From: Paraspadella gotoi
Lineage: Eukaryota; Animalia; Chaetognatha
NCBI GenBank assembly: GCA_051294375.1
Contig: CM119271.1
Location: 11,437,180-11,501,179 of the forward strand
Direction: 5' to 3'
DNA length: 64,000 bases
Both the position numbers and the translations under genes were made by a program. Below, in pieces: positions 38,673 to 50,965 of the stretch; position 1 is the stretch's first letter, and every line of letters starts with the position of its first letter. The notes under the pieces were generated by a model. That model had not been told where the DNA came from, made no database searches, and saw only the letters and a list, made by a program, of their open reading frames with translations.

Positions 38673-39600
38673 TCATCGAGGTCCGTCTCTCCGACCGAGA
38701 TTTAACCCACAAGTCTACAACGAAAGACTCCGACGCCCGGCCGAGCGTCGCGGCGCCGGCCAATGGCCGCCGCCCATTTGCGAGGATGGGAATGACCCTT
38801 TGACTAGATTCGGCGCCCGCCCAACGACTTTTTTCACCGATTCACTCGCATATGCGCGAGACGTGACCTTTTTGTGAAACGCCTGGGCGGATGCAGAAGT
38901 TGCCGCGTCCGTCGGGGTCAGGAAGGAATGCGACGAGCGTAATGCCTTATTCGGAAATTTAGTGTTCCGTTAAAAACAAAAATGAAAGCCGGTAAATGTT
39001 GGTTCTATATTCTTGACCTTCGTTTCCTATTACGTTTCAATACATTATTGCGAAAAACGCCCTTCATATATTAAAAAAGTATTAATAACCCGCCCCTTTC
39101 TTTTGTTTTTTAATTAGGTTAATTTTCGTGATTTTAGCTCCGCTATATTTAAGTCTGCAGACTNNNNNNNNNNNNNNNNNNNNNNNNNTTAACCTAATTA
39201 AAAAACAAAAGAAAGCGGGTTATTATACCTTTTATAATATATGAACGTTTTCAAAATGTATTGAAACGTAATAGCAAACGATGGTCAAGAAATATAGAAC
39301 CAACTTTACCGCTTTCATTTTTTTTTTAACGGAACACTAATTTCCGAATAACATTACCCTCGATCCATTCCTTCCTGACCCCGCGCAACTTCTCATCCCC
39401 CCCCGTTTCACAAAAAGGTCACTCCTCGCGCATATCGAGTGAATCGGTGAAAAAAGTCGTTGGCGGCGCCGAATCTAGTCACGGGTCATTCCCTCTCCAA
39501 ATGGCGGCGCCATTGGCCGGCGCCGCGGACCTCGGCCGGCGTCGGCGTCTTTCGTTAGACTTGTGGTTAAATCTCGGTCGGAGAGACGGACCCTCGATGA
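38673..39600. repeat. Long inverted repeat (arms 38673-39122 and 39189-39600) around a 25-N gap
   Basis: The right arm is the reverse complement of the left arm, with many single-base deletions. Confidence 0.9.
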
Positions 39601-42600
39601 GGTTACATTCACGCAGCGGTTACATTCAGGCCTAGATGGTTACATTCAGTTCANNNNNNNNNNNNNNNNNNNNNNNNNNNNNNNNNNNNNNNNNNNNNNN
39701 NNNNNNNNNNNNNNNNNNNNNNNNNNNNNNNNNNNNNNNNNNNNNNNNNNNNNNNNNNNNNNNNNNNNNNNNNNNNNNNNNNNNCGCCGGCTTCGAAGGG
39801 CTGTGACCCTTCATGCCACAGCGGGCGTCCAATTTCGCCTCAGAACGGCAGGCGCGAAATAAAAGGTCGCCGGTGAATAAACTCGAAAGTGGATCACGCG
39901 AATCTCACGAGTCACGAGTCACGAGTCACGTCAAAAGTCGCGTCAACCAAAAAGTCCAAGCGTCGTGACGTGAAAAAAAGGGTCATCGACCGACGCTTTG
40001 GTCACATCTGCGTCAATCGGAAGACCGAAGACCCATGGACGAACCTTTTTTTGGATAATCCCGGTCGAGAAAAAAGGGTCTCGTCCCTATGGTGGGAACC
40101 CTTTGGTGAACCTTGGTTGAGGCCCTCTCTCACAGAGTTCAGGAAGGTTTCTGTGAAATGCTTCGGGATCGAAGAAGTTCAACGAATATGCAGAACCAGT
40201 TGGCGATCGGAGAGAGAGCGAAGAACAGAAGGTTCCAGATCGGATCAGAGGTCTGGAATCGGGAGAGAAAAAAAAAATCACATTTCATTCTGCGTCCGAT
40301 TGATAAATGTGTCACTTTTTTTATTTCACATAAAAATGTCTCGCGTTTGACCAGAAAAAAAGGTTTTTTTTTATATAAAAAACGGCGTTTCATCTCGAAA
40401 CTGTTCATGAGGAATATTTAATGGCGCGTCATAAATTTATTGAGCGAAAAAACATGGGAATTTTAACTGTGACTTTTTTTTGGACCAAATATGAAACTTG
40501 TATAACATTTATAAAAATAGTTTATTCAACGAATAAATAAGCCATCTTGCCTCTTTAATTTACTGACCGACAGGATAAAATTATAAAAAAAACAAGATAT
40601 CACAGAGAAAAAGTTATTAAAAAAACTTTAAAAAATAATTTTGAAATTTCCATTGAAGTACCCAGCAAATTGTCAATAAAGACACACTAGCAGTCTAGTT
40701 TATTAACCCTCGGGGCACCTGGCTTCCCTTTTAATAAAGCATTAAACCGTTTCAATTGTATGAAAAAATATCGCCGACTTTACTATCTGGGAATCCGTAC
40801 TATTGATGTCCGCACGAGCATGAAAGCACGAGGATCTGACTGTTATCTTATCGATAAGGAGAGGCCACGCCCACTTTCTCGCTACGATAAGACCCGTCAC
40901 TCATTCAACGGCCAATGACATGTGATAATCGGAACGTAAAAAGAGGAGAGAAATCTATCCTCGCATTTTCTATCGAAGATGACGACGACGATGACGATGA
41001 TGATGATGATGATGAAGACGATGATGACGGCGATAATCGAGAGGACGACGACGACAACGACAACGACGACGATAATTACAATCCTGTACGAAGATAGAAT
41101 CTTTTTTACTTAATGAGCGGTCTCTACCCCCTTTTCTCATTAACGAGGCGTCCTGCTACTCTTCCTCTTCCTCCTCCTCCTCTTCCTCCCTCTTGTCCGA
41201 AGCCTTCCTCCACAACCCCCCCCCNNNNNNNNNNNNNNNNNNNNNNNNNNNNNNNNNNNNNNNNNNNNNNNNNNNNNNNNNNNNNNNNNNNNNNNNNNNN
41301 NNNNNNNNNNNNNNNNNNNNNNNNNNNNNNNNNNNNNNNNNNNNNNNNNNNNNNNNNNNNNNNNNNNNNNNNNNNNNNNNNNNNNNNNNNNNNNNNNNNN
41401 NNNNNNNNNNNNNNNNNNNNNNNNNNNNNNNNNTAATCGTTCGGTTAGAAACGATGTAACGAAATTGTTACTGCTTTCTCTTCTGCGCCAAATTGCTCAT
41501 TGCTGAATGTCGCGGGAGGCATTGNNNNNNNNNNNNNNNNNNNNNNNNNNNNNNNNNNNNNNNNNNNNNNNNNNNNNNNNNNNNNNNNNNNNNNNNNNNN
41601 NNNNNNNNNNNNNNNNNNNNNNNNNNNNNNNNNNNNNNNNNNNNNNNNNNNNNNNNNNNNNNNNNNNNNNNNNNNNNNNNNNNNNNNNNNNNNNNNNNNN
41701 NNNNNNNNNNNNNNNNNNNNNNNNNNNNNNNNNNNNNNNNNNNNNNNNNNNNNNNNNNNNNNNNNNNNNNNNNNNNNNNNNATATTATATAACTTCTTTG
41801 ATAAGGAAGCCACGTGCTCTGTGAGTTTGATCGCTTTTCTTTTTTATTGGTTTTATAATTATAATTATAATAATTATTATAATTATAATGATTATATAAC
41901 TGTATAAAACTCATCGTCGTCATAATCGTCATAGTCTTGTTCGTCCTTATCATGGTCGTCATTATCTTTGTCGTCTTCCGATCATGGTCGTCGTCAAGTT
42001 CTTTATCATCGTTGTCATTATCTTTGTTGTCGTTATCATCGTCATCTAGGCCATGTTCTTTATCAGGGTCATCGTCGTCGTCTTCATCATCGTCGTTGTC
42101 GTCATTTGCGTGGTCATCATCGTCATTGTTTTTGTCCATATACCATATTCGTCATTGTCACCTTCGCCGTTATTAACTTCATGTCGATCATCACTGTCAT
42201 CATCATCGTCGTCATCATGGTCGTTATCGTTTTTGCTCATATTGTCGTCTTCGTCTTCGTCGTCATCATCGTCATCATCGTCGTCATCGTCGTCGACGTC
42301 TTCACAATTTCACGAATTTTCCTTCACAATCTCGATTCACGAGTGAAGACTTCGCCAAGGATCAGGATGGACCCCCGACTGTGATTTGCCTTCGATTCGA
42401 TTGTCCATCGACATAAACGACGAAGGAAAAGGTTAAAAGTCGGTACAGGTAATAACTCGTATGACGAGATGCATACAGCGGGAGCATTCTATTTTTAAAT
42501 CGCATCATAGAGAGAAATAAGTTGGATTAAAGTTTTGGTAAAAACGACGTGAAATCGGGAGATGAGGATAAAAATCTTGGTTCGAGAGGTTAATGGTTTA

Positions 42601-43782
42601 TTTTTCTGCGCGGAAGGTTTTAGTATTTAAAACCCATAGGGAAATAAGTTTAACGCGACGACGAAGATGCTCGTATATTTAATGATTCTATTAATGATGG
42701 GTTAGCTTTTCGACTTGTTTTTATTAATAACAAAAACGATATTTATATAATTAAAAAACAGTAACTGCGTAGGAAGACTGGAACACGGTAAACACATAAA
42801 AAATACTTTATTGTTTTAAAGATTAAAAATTATGTTCAAATTGATTTTATTACGAAATGCAGTTTGGTTTTTTTTTTTCTTATAAAAAATTTGATTTTTA
42901 AAACATGTAAAAGTAAGCCTTGCCGTTGTTGTTTTTAACTTTTACAAATATCGAAGACAACCTGTTTGCAATAATAAAATTAAAACCAAAATGTTTTATT
43001 AAAAAAACAAAATGAATAAGAGTCGAACACAACAAAACAACACAACATGTACAACCACAACTACGCCCGACTAAAACCTGAATCTTTTTTTTCTTTTCAA
43101 AAAATCCCTCAATCGGTCCCCGACCTGATCTTTTTTTCCCCACAAACCCTGACCCTGGGGATTAAAAGTATCGACTTTTTCTATACGATTTAAATTCCAA
43201 TCGTATTCGAGCAAAAAAAAAACGATTTAAAANNNNNNNNNNNNNNNNNNNNNNNNNNNNNNNNNNNNNNNNNNNNNNNNNNNNNNNNNNNNNNNNNNNN
43301 NNNNNNNNNNNNNNNNNNNNNNNNNNNNNNNNNNNNNNNNNNNNNNNNNNNNNNNNNNNNNNNNNNNNNNNNNNNNNNNNNNNNNNNNNNNNNNNNNNNN
43401 NNNNNNNNNNNNNNNNNNNNNNNNNNNNNNNNNNNNNNNNNNNNNNNNNNNNNNNNNNNNNNNCCTCGTTCTCGTCGTCATCATCCTTGTCGTCAAAGTC
43501 ATCCCTAATGTCATTAAATTCGTCAAAGTTGGCGTCATCTTCGCCATCTTTGTTTTCGGCACCGACTTGTTTTCCGACAGAGCAGCCATCGCCGTCGTCG
43601 CCGCCGCCCCGCCGCCGCCGCTGTCGCCGCCACTCCCGCCGCCAGTGCCGGAGCCAAGAATCAGGCCTTTTTCCCTCTTCGACGCGGGGCGCCTGTCGCC
43701 TGTTCCCCACGGGCCCCGTCACGCCGTCACGGGGTTATCGGTTTACGCTCGCGTCCGTCGGCGTGGCTTTCAACAACGCTGA

Positions 43783-43842
<60 letters not shown>

Positions 43843-44929
43843 CGCCGCCGCCATCGCCGTCTCCGTAACCTTGGATGCCACCTTTTCATGGAAGAATAAA
43901 AAAGGAAAAAAAAAGAAAGAAAATTCCCAACGTCGGATTTTTTTTTCTTCAAAAAATCGATTCGACCTTCGGAAAAGTTATACGACGATGGCATCAAAGA
44001 TGTTGTGAGAATCGTGAGGATCGCGTGATGGTGAAATGCCGGAGTTTGTGATGTAGAAGGAGATGGTTGATGTTCCGAGTGGTGGGAAACGGGCGAGGTT
44101 GAGAGACAGGGAGACACTGTGAAAACCTTTTCAGGGTTTCGGTTGTGATAGTGAAACTTTTTATATGTGAATTTCTCAATCTCACAGGGTAAGAAGAGAC
44201 GGTTGCGCGATGTGATTTTAAACGTTGAAACGGCGCGGATAACTCATGGTGCAAAAATGGGAAGGAAAACCCGTCGACGTAAATCATGACGTTTTTTCTC
44301 CCTTCGACGGATTTCTTTTCTTTTCTGCCTTTTCTGTTGTGAATTCGTTTTTACGTTTTTTCCGATCGAATTGTCGATAACAACATTTTTTTAAGGATTT
44401 TTCCTTCTTTTTTTCATTTTTGTATTGGATTTCCTATTTCTGACTTTCTCCCGCTTTTGTTTCTATATTTTAAACTTACTTCGTATTGTTCGTTTTTTTT
44501 TTGTTAGTATTTATTTATCATTTATTCCGTTTTTTTTTTAATTATTCTTTCTTCTGTATTTTTTTCTGTCTTTCCTTCTATCTTTCTTTCTATCCTATCA
44601 ATAACTTTCTTTTATTTGTTCCAATTTTTTTTTTCAAATATCGAATGACGACAAATTTTAACCCCTCTCCTCTCTCTCATCTCTTTCTTCTCTCTCTGCT
44701 CTCTCTCTCTCTCTCTCTCTCTTCTCTCCTTCTCTTCTCTCGACTCTCTCTGTAAATCACCGACGAGAAGCACCTTTTTTTAATTCTGTTCTCGTCAGAT
44801 ATATCCTGTACAACTCAGGCAAAACAAAAAAAAAAAAAAATGAAAATACTATTTAATGTCATTATTCTTTCGGTTTTCTGGCGTTTTTATATGGATTTCG
44901 AGAAAATATTGGTGGAAGCGAAGAAACGT

Positions 44930-45250
44930 CCGACTGACTGAAAGCTCATCTAACCGACTGACTCGGACCGACCGACGGACGCGACCTGACCGCGACCTGG
45001 ACCACCGACCGACCGACCGACCGAGCCGACCTGACGCCGACCGACCGATCGACCGCGGCGACCGACCGAACTCGCACCGACGCGACGAACCGAACCGACC
45101 GACCACCGACGAGAACGATCACGACCGACGCGGAGTCCGACCGATCACTCGACCGACCGCGACTGCCGGACGAATCCGACCCGATCCGACCGACCGCGAC
45201 CGACCGACCGACCGACCCGACCGACCTGACCGACTCGACCGACCGGACGA
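44930..45250. repeat. Degenerate (GACC)n microsatellite
   Basis: Interrupted CCGA/GACC tetramer run. Confidence 0.85.
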
Positions 45251-47001
45251 TCCGCCGCTTGCTGAAAATTACCCAGATAATTTTTCGCGTTTTTCTTGTA
45301 CTTTTATACAATATACAAAGAAAACATACTTTCAAACATTAAACCTGTGAAAGTCTTGATTGAAAGGCTTGTCAGGGACTGCTATGTAAGAGTGATGTAA
45401 GGGCTTAAACCTAGTCAATAGCCTGTCCGTAGGTCCGGAACAGGTTGAATAACTAAAAGTTCTCTGCTCAAATATAATAATGATAAATGGACTTTAAGAT
45501 ATGAAAATAAAAATATTTTTAATAAAAATTTTATCTTTATTAGATTAAGCCGACGGGAAGCATTTAAAAGAGATTATTTTATTTACTATAGTAAATGTTA
45601 ATGAAAATTTTTTTTTTTGAATTTTTGCAAATTTTTTTTATAATGGATTCTGGATCAGAGCTGTATAAAGTTAGATGAAGGTTATTAATAAAAATTTTTA
45701 AAAATTTTTTTGTTTTATTGATGTAAAATAATTTTAAAAAACTATAAAATTCAGGCCTATGATGATGATGATGATGATATTTTTAACGTTTTTTTCTGTT
45801 TTTAAACATTTCTTGTCAAAATTTTTAACATTGTGTACTGAACTTTCATTTTAACTTTTATTCATAGATCTATAAGAGGAATTGCGCGTTCTTACAAAAC
45901 TAATTTTTGAGAAAGAAAAATTGTTTTGTCATTTGTTATATATTAATTAAATTATTTAAATGCTTCAGTGCAGACAACTCAATGAATCTAAATTCAATAA
46001 AAGGTTACATTGAAAATCGATTTAAGTAATAGAAGGAAAAAAGGAATTTTTTTGAGAGAAATTAAAAGTTTATAAAAGTGTTCATTTTGACCTCGGTTGG
46101 CCGCCTTAACTGGTTCGCAGTGTCTGTCCAGTGTCCAGTGTCCAGTGTCCAAAGTCAGGGGCAAAACAGCTACTTTATTAAATGAATGGATAATTTTACA
46201 TTGGTTGTACCAATTTCATAATCAAATTCATAAACTAATCCTGAATTTGTGAAGTATTTTTCTGCTTCACGCCCGTGATTTCGGTCGTTCGAGACGATGC
46301 CCGTTCAAAAAATTCAATGCGAGTCTTTATAAGAGAAGTTTTATTAAAATCACATTTAAAACGATTAATATCTCCAAAAAACCCGTAGAAATTGATTTCG
46401 TCCGGGCAATCGTAGTTTCTTCCTAGTTAAACCGATTCACGTTTAACCAAAGGTAAAGATAATAAGCATCAAGATATTGGAGGGCAAGAGAGACTCAGAC
46501 ATAACCTTTTCTTCAGAATTCTTAACCCTAACCAAAAAACTGACATCCTTCCCCCCCCCCAGAGGTTGTGGGAACTAGAGGCCAAAGTTTCCTTGAAACT
46601 TACTTTGATCCCGTCTTAACTCACCCACCCCTGTACTCCGTCGAAAACCAACTCGACCTCAAATCTCCAACCAGCCCGTCCCATGCCCGAACTGACCGAC
46701 ACTGACGCGCCTCACGAGCCCGACACGGTCCCTCGAACATTCTCACGATCTCCTTAATTCTTCTCACAGTCACAGCGACCTTACCCGACTCTCGCCCGAC
46801 CCTCACCCGGTCACGCGCGAATTTCTCACCCAATGGAGTCTGTTTTCCCCCGACAGAGGCGCTCGCGTTTCTCTTCCTTTCATTTCCCTTTTGTTTAAAT
46901 TTGAGGAGGGGGGAGTAAGGGGGGGCGGATGGGACTGAGAATTTATTTATTGGTTTCCCTTTCGGAATATAACGCCTCTGTTCTCCGAGCTTTGTCTCTT
47001 C

Positions 47002-47072
<71 letters not shown>

Positions 47073-48555
47073 TCTCATCATCTCTCTCTCTCTCCCGATT
47101 TCCGGATCAGATTCTCCCCATATAAATCATTTATGTCTCCCGTCGAAAAACGAACGACTGAAAAAGTTATTCGGTTCCTTCTGTTTTTTTCTCCATCCTC
47201 CTCCCTCCTCTTCTCCTCTTCATCCTCTTTCCCTCTCTCTCAATCTTCCTCTTCCTTCCTCCCTCTGTACACTCCTCCTTTCCCCTCCTCCTCTTTCGTC
47301 CTTGCCACTTGTCTTCATCCTCATTCATCCTCTTTCCCTCCTCCTTCTTCGTGCCTTTGCCTTTTGTCCTTACCTCTCTTCATCCTCTTTCCCGCTCCTC
47401 CTCTGTCCCTTTGCTCTTATTGTCCTTTCTCCTCTTCATCCTCTTTCCCTCCTCCTCTTCGTCCTTTGCTTTGTCCTTCCCTCGTTCATCGCCTTTCCCT
47501 CCTCCTCTTCGTCCTTTGCCTTTGTCCTTCTCCTCTTCATCCTCTTTCCTCCTCCTCTTCTTTTCTCGTACCGCTTGATCTTTGAGTCTTCCTCTCCCCA
47601 TTCCTCCTCATCCTCCTCTCCTCCTCCCCCTTCGCACTTTCGTCTTATCCTTCTCCACCTGAATCTTCATACCTCTTTCCCTCCTCCTCCTCGTGCGCTT
47701 TGCCTTTGTCTTCTCCTCATCTCCCCTGCTTTTTCCTCTCCTCTCTTTCTCTTTCCTCGACTCTCAAATCTATCTCTCTCTTCTCCTCACCCAATTCACG
47801 ATTCCTCCTCTATCCCTCCCTCCTCTCTCCCTTCCACTCGTCATCCGTTACTCCTCTCTCCTCTTCATCCCACGCTTTTCCTCCCTTCCTCTAAATTTTT
47901 TCCGCACATCTTCCCCTCCCGCTTCCTAACCTCCCTACTCGCCCTTCTCCCTCATTCCACGACTTCCAATGATCGACGGATGATGGATAATCCTTCATAC
48001 TAGAGATAACCATCTCATTACAGATGGCGAGCCACAGATGTTCCGGTTCTCACACTCGTTTCTACCGTCTATAGGAGTCGGTTGTCCTGAGGATATTCCT
48101 TTAAATAATCGTCGTAACAAAATTAGTTTATACTTGAGAACGACTTCCTCATTCAATACGATGACAGAACTGTCACATCTGACGCTCCTACCGTAATTCT
48201 TGATTATTTTTAAAAACATTAGCACCATCGCTTTTACAATTTTTTTTTTTTAAATTCCAAAATTAAATTCGGAGTTACCGCATATCGCTCAATTCGGTGC
48301 GCATTGTTACGACTGTGTGCTATTGCCTTGAACTATTTTGCTTCTTAAAAAGTAGTTTATAATAAATGTCGTCGTCGTCATCGTCGTCATCATCGTCGTC
48401 GTCTCCGTTCTCATCTCCGTTACCACTCGTTACCCTAGCGGACGACGGCCAATAAGATTTTCGGGTCTGGAATTTAGGGATTTTATGCTTTGTTTCTTTT
48501 TTTTCTGTTTTTTCTTTTTTCTCGCGGAAACAGCTGTCCGCCGAATCTCTGGGTC

Positions 48556-48700
48556 TCAAGAGGATTTCAACCGTGAAACTCGTCGCCGGGGATTTTTCGT
48601 GGTCGTCGACGTCGTCGTTGACTTCTTCGTGGTCGTCGTTGACTTCTTCGTCGTCGTCGTTGACTTCTTCGTCGTCGTCGTCGTCGTTGACTTCTTCGTG

Positions 48701-48735
<35 letters not shown>

Positions 48736-48946
48736 TTGCCAAATTCTTTGGCTTAAGCCGCATTCGCCGACGACAATGACTGACTGACCGACTGACAAAC
48801 CGCTTTCGACTCCTTCGTCCACCGCGCACTGCGCAGCCGACACCGGCTCAACGACTCCCACCGCCCGACCGAACGACAGACCGACACATTCGGCCGCCAC
48901 TGCCGCCACCTTCTCCGCCGCTATCCTCGCACGTCTCACCGAATCA
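48556..48946 (-). CDS. Possible C-terminal exon of a SIMPL/IRAK1BP1 (DUF541)-like protein
   Basis: Acceptor CTCGCTCCAG, then DSVRRARIAAEKVAAVAAECVGLSFGRAVGVVE...LSQRIWQAT. This resembles, from memory, IRAK1BP1 KAQEVCNLVGQTLGKPLLIKE...VQQKIKSAT. It then runs into an ACG triplet expansion. Confidence 0.35.
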
Positions 48947-49053
48947 CTGGAGCGAGTTACGTTCTATCGATTCACACAGTATTTCACGCCTTTTCCCGAA
49001 TCGAGGAATGTTAGATAGAGAGAGAGTGAGGGATGGGGTGATTGAACGCGAGC

Positions 49054-49129
<76 letters not shown>

Positions 49130-50044
49130 AGAGAGAGTGTAACTCATTTTATTTGACAATGGACATGAGATGAAAATATTAGCTTTTACAATTTACAATT
49201 TGTGATATAAAATGAGAATAATTTCATTATTTACCAATTGTAAATTATCTTTTGACTCATAAAATAGAATCAGGAGATAATATTTTAGGAATCCAATGAA
49301 GTTGATTTCTTTGCTATTAATGTTAACGACGTTAACAAATTCAGTGAGCAACTGCAGTCATTAACGAATAAAACTACTGGAATCTTCTCAACAAGTTATA
49401 ACAGTATATATACACATATATATATTATATATACAGTATCCGAGATTCCTTCGCACTCTCTTTTCTGACATGAAACATTTTCCGAGGAATTTTAGATTTT
49501 TTTTTATTAATACCAAAAACAGTATTGACAAAATTAGAAACAGTATCAGTGTAAAAGGCTAGAAAACGGTAAACAAGTAAACACTAAACTATTAAAATTG
49601 ATCAAAAACAAAAGACAAATGGAATCATGAATAAAATGTGAATCAAATCATTTTTTTTACATTAATAGAATTGTTAAATACAAAAACAGTAACGGTATCA
49701 ATAAAAACGTAAAAAGACTGGAACTGTATCTGCCAAGTATTACTTTTTAAAAAGTTATAAACAAATTCATAAGATGTCCAAATTAACAATTAGGATTCCG
49801 ATCAATATTCGTCCCAAACATTCGTCAAAATCCGAAAATTAATCGACTATTTTAAACATCAGTCCTCTTCTTTCATCGTTTATGACGAAAAATAAAATTC
49901 GTTTTACCGTAAGGAAAGAAATGAAATCACTGCAATATGCAAATGAGATTTTTAGATCACTCAGTAGCGCCTTTGAAACGAGGACGATACAAAATTTTCG
50001 GTAGAGTATCTAAAGTCAAAACTTTGTTAATTTTTTTTGGCTAG

Positions 50045-50926
50045 GATTTAAACAACAACAAAAACAACGACAACAACAACGACGACGACAAAGAAAAAAG
50101 CAAGATCGAGTGGAATCGGCCTCTGAAAAATGACGCGCATGGAAAAGAGGAAAAGCATGGAGAAGAGGAAAAGCATGGAAAAGAGTTCAAGCATTCTGAA
50201 AACAAGAAAGACTTCCATGTCACTGGCTCCGAAAGTACAACCAAGTAAGCTGCTTGTACTTTTCGATGGCTTTCTGATGAGGGAAGGAGTTTTTTTCATC
50301 GAGGTAGGGGAAGGGAGGGTGAGGTAAGTTCCGAAAATTTTTATGTAGATTGGGCACGATAGATATGTAGGAATTATCCATTCTTTTAAATTAAATTGAA
50401 TTAAATAAAAATTTAATAAATAAGCTATCTTGCCCCTGACTTTGGACAGGCTATGGCGGGTGAAGGCTCCATTATTCTTGCAAGATAAGCTTTCAATCAA
50501 GACTCTCTCAGTCTCGTTTATTCACTCCCAGAGTAACTGGCTTCCCTATCAATGAAGTGGTATAATATATCAAAGGATATTTCAATTGTATAAAGAACCA
50601 CTCTCTTAAGTATTATATTGGGAAATACGACACGACACACTAGTATCAAAATACAAGGAGCTGACTGATATGTAATGAAATGTATATGAAATGTACTATA
50701 TAAAATCATTTAGAACATTATGGCCAGATTTATGACAAAGTAGTGACAAACTACTGACATTCTCACAATAAACAATTTCTTCAGTGAACCGGCGACGGCG
50801 ACGGAAGATCTTCACGCCACTTGTTCGATTTCGCGACCTCTACCGTCACCTTTTGGAATGATTGGTGAGTTAATAGGCCGATAGTCTTTTGTCTACTTTT
50901 TTGGTTTGTTTTATTCACGCGTCCGT

Positions 50927-50965
<39 letters not shown>

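Noticed and set aside
46929-48003. Long Ser/Pro/Leu/Phe-rich ORFs
   Set aside because: A polypyrimidine low-complexity tract with degenerate repeats; it lacks stops for compositional reasons.
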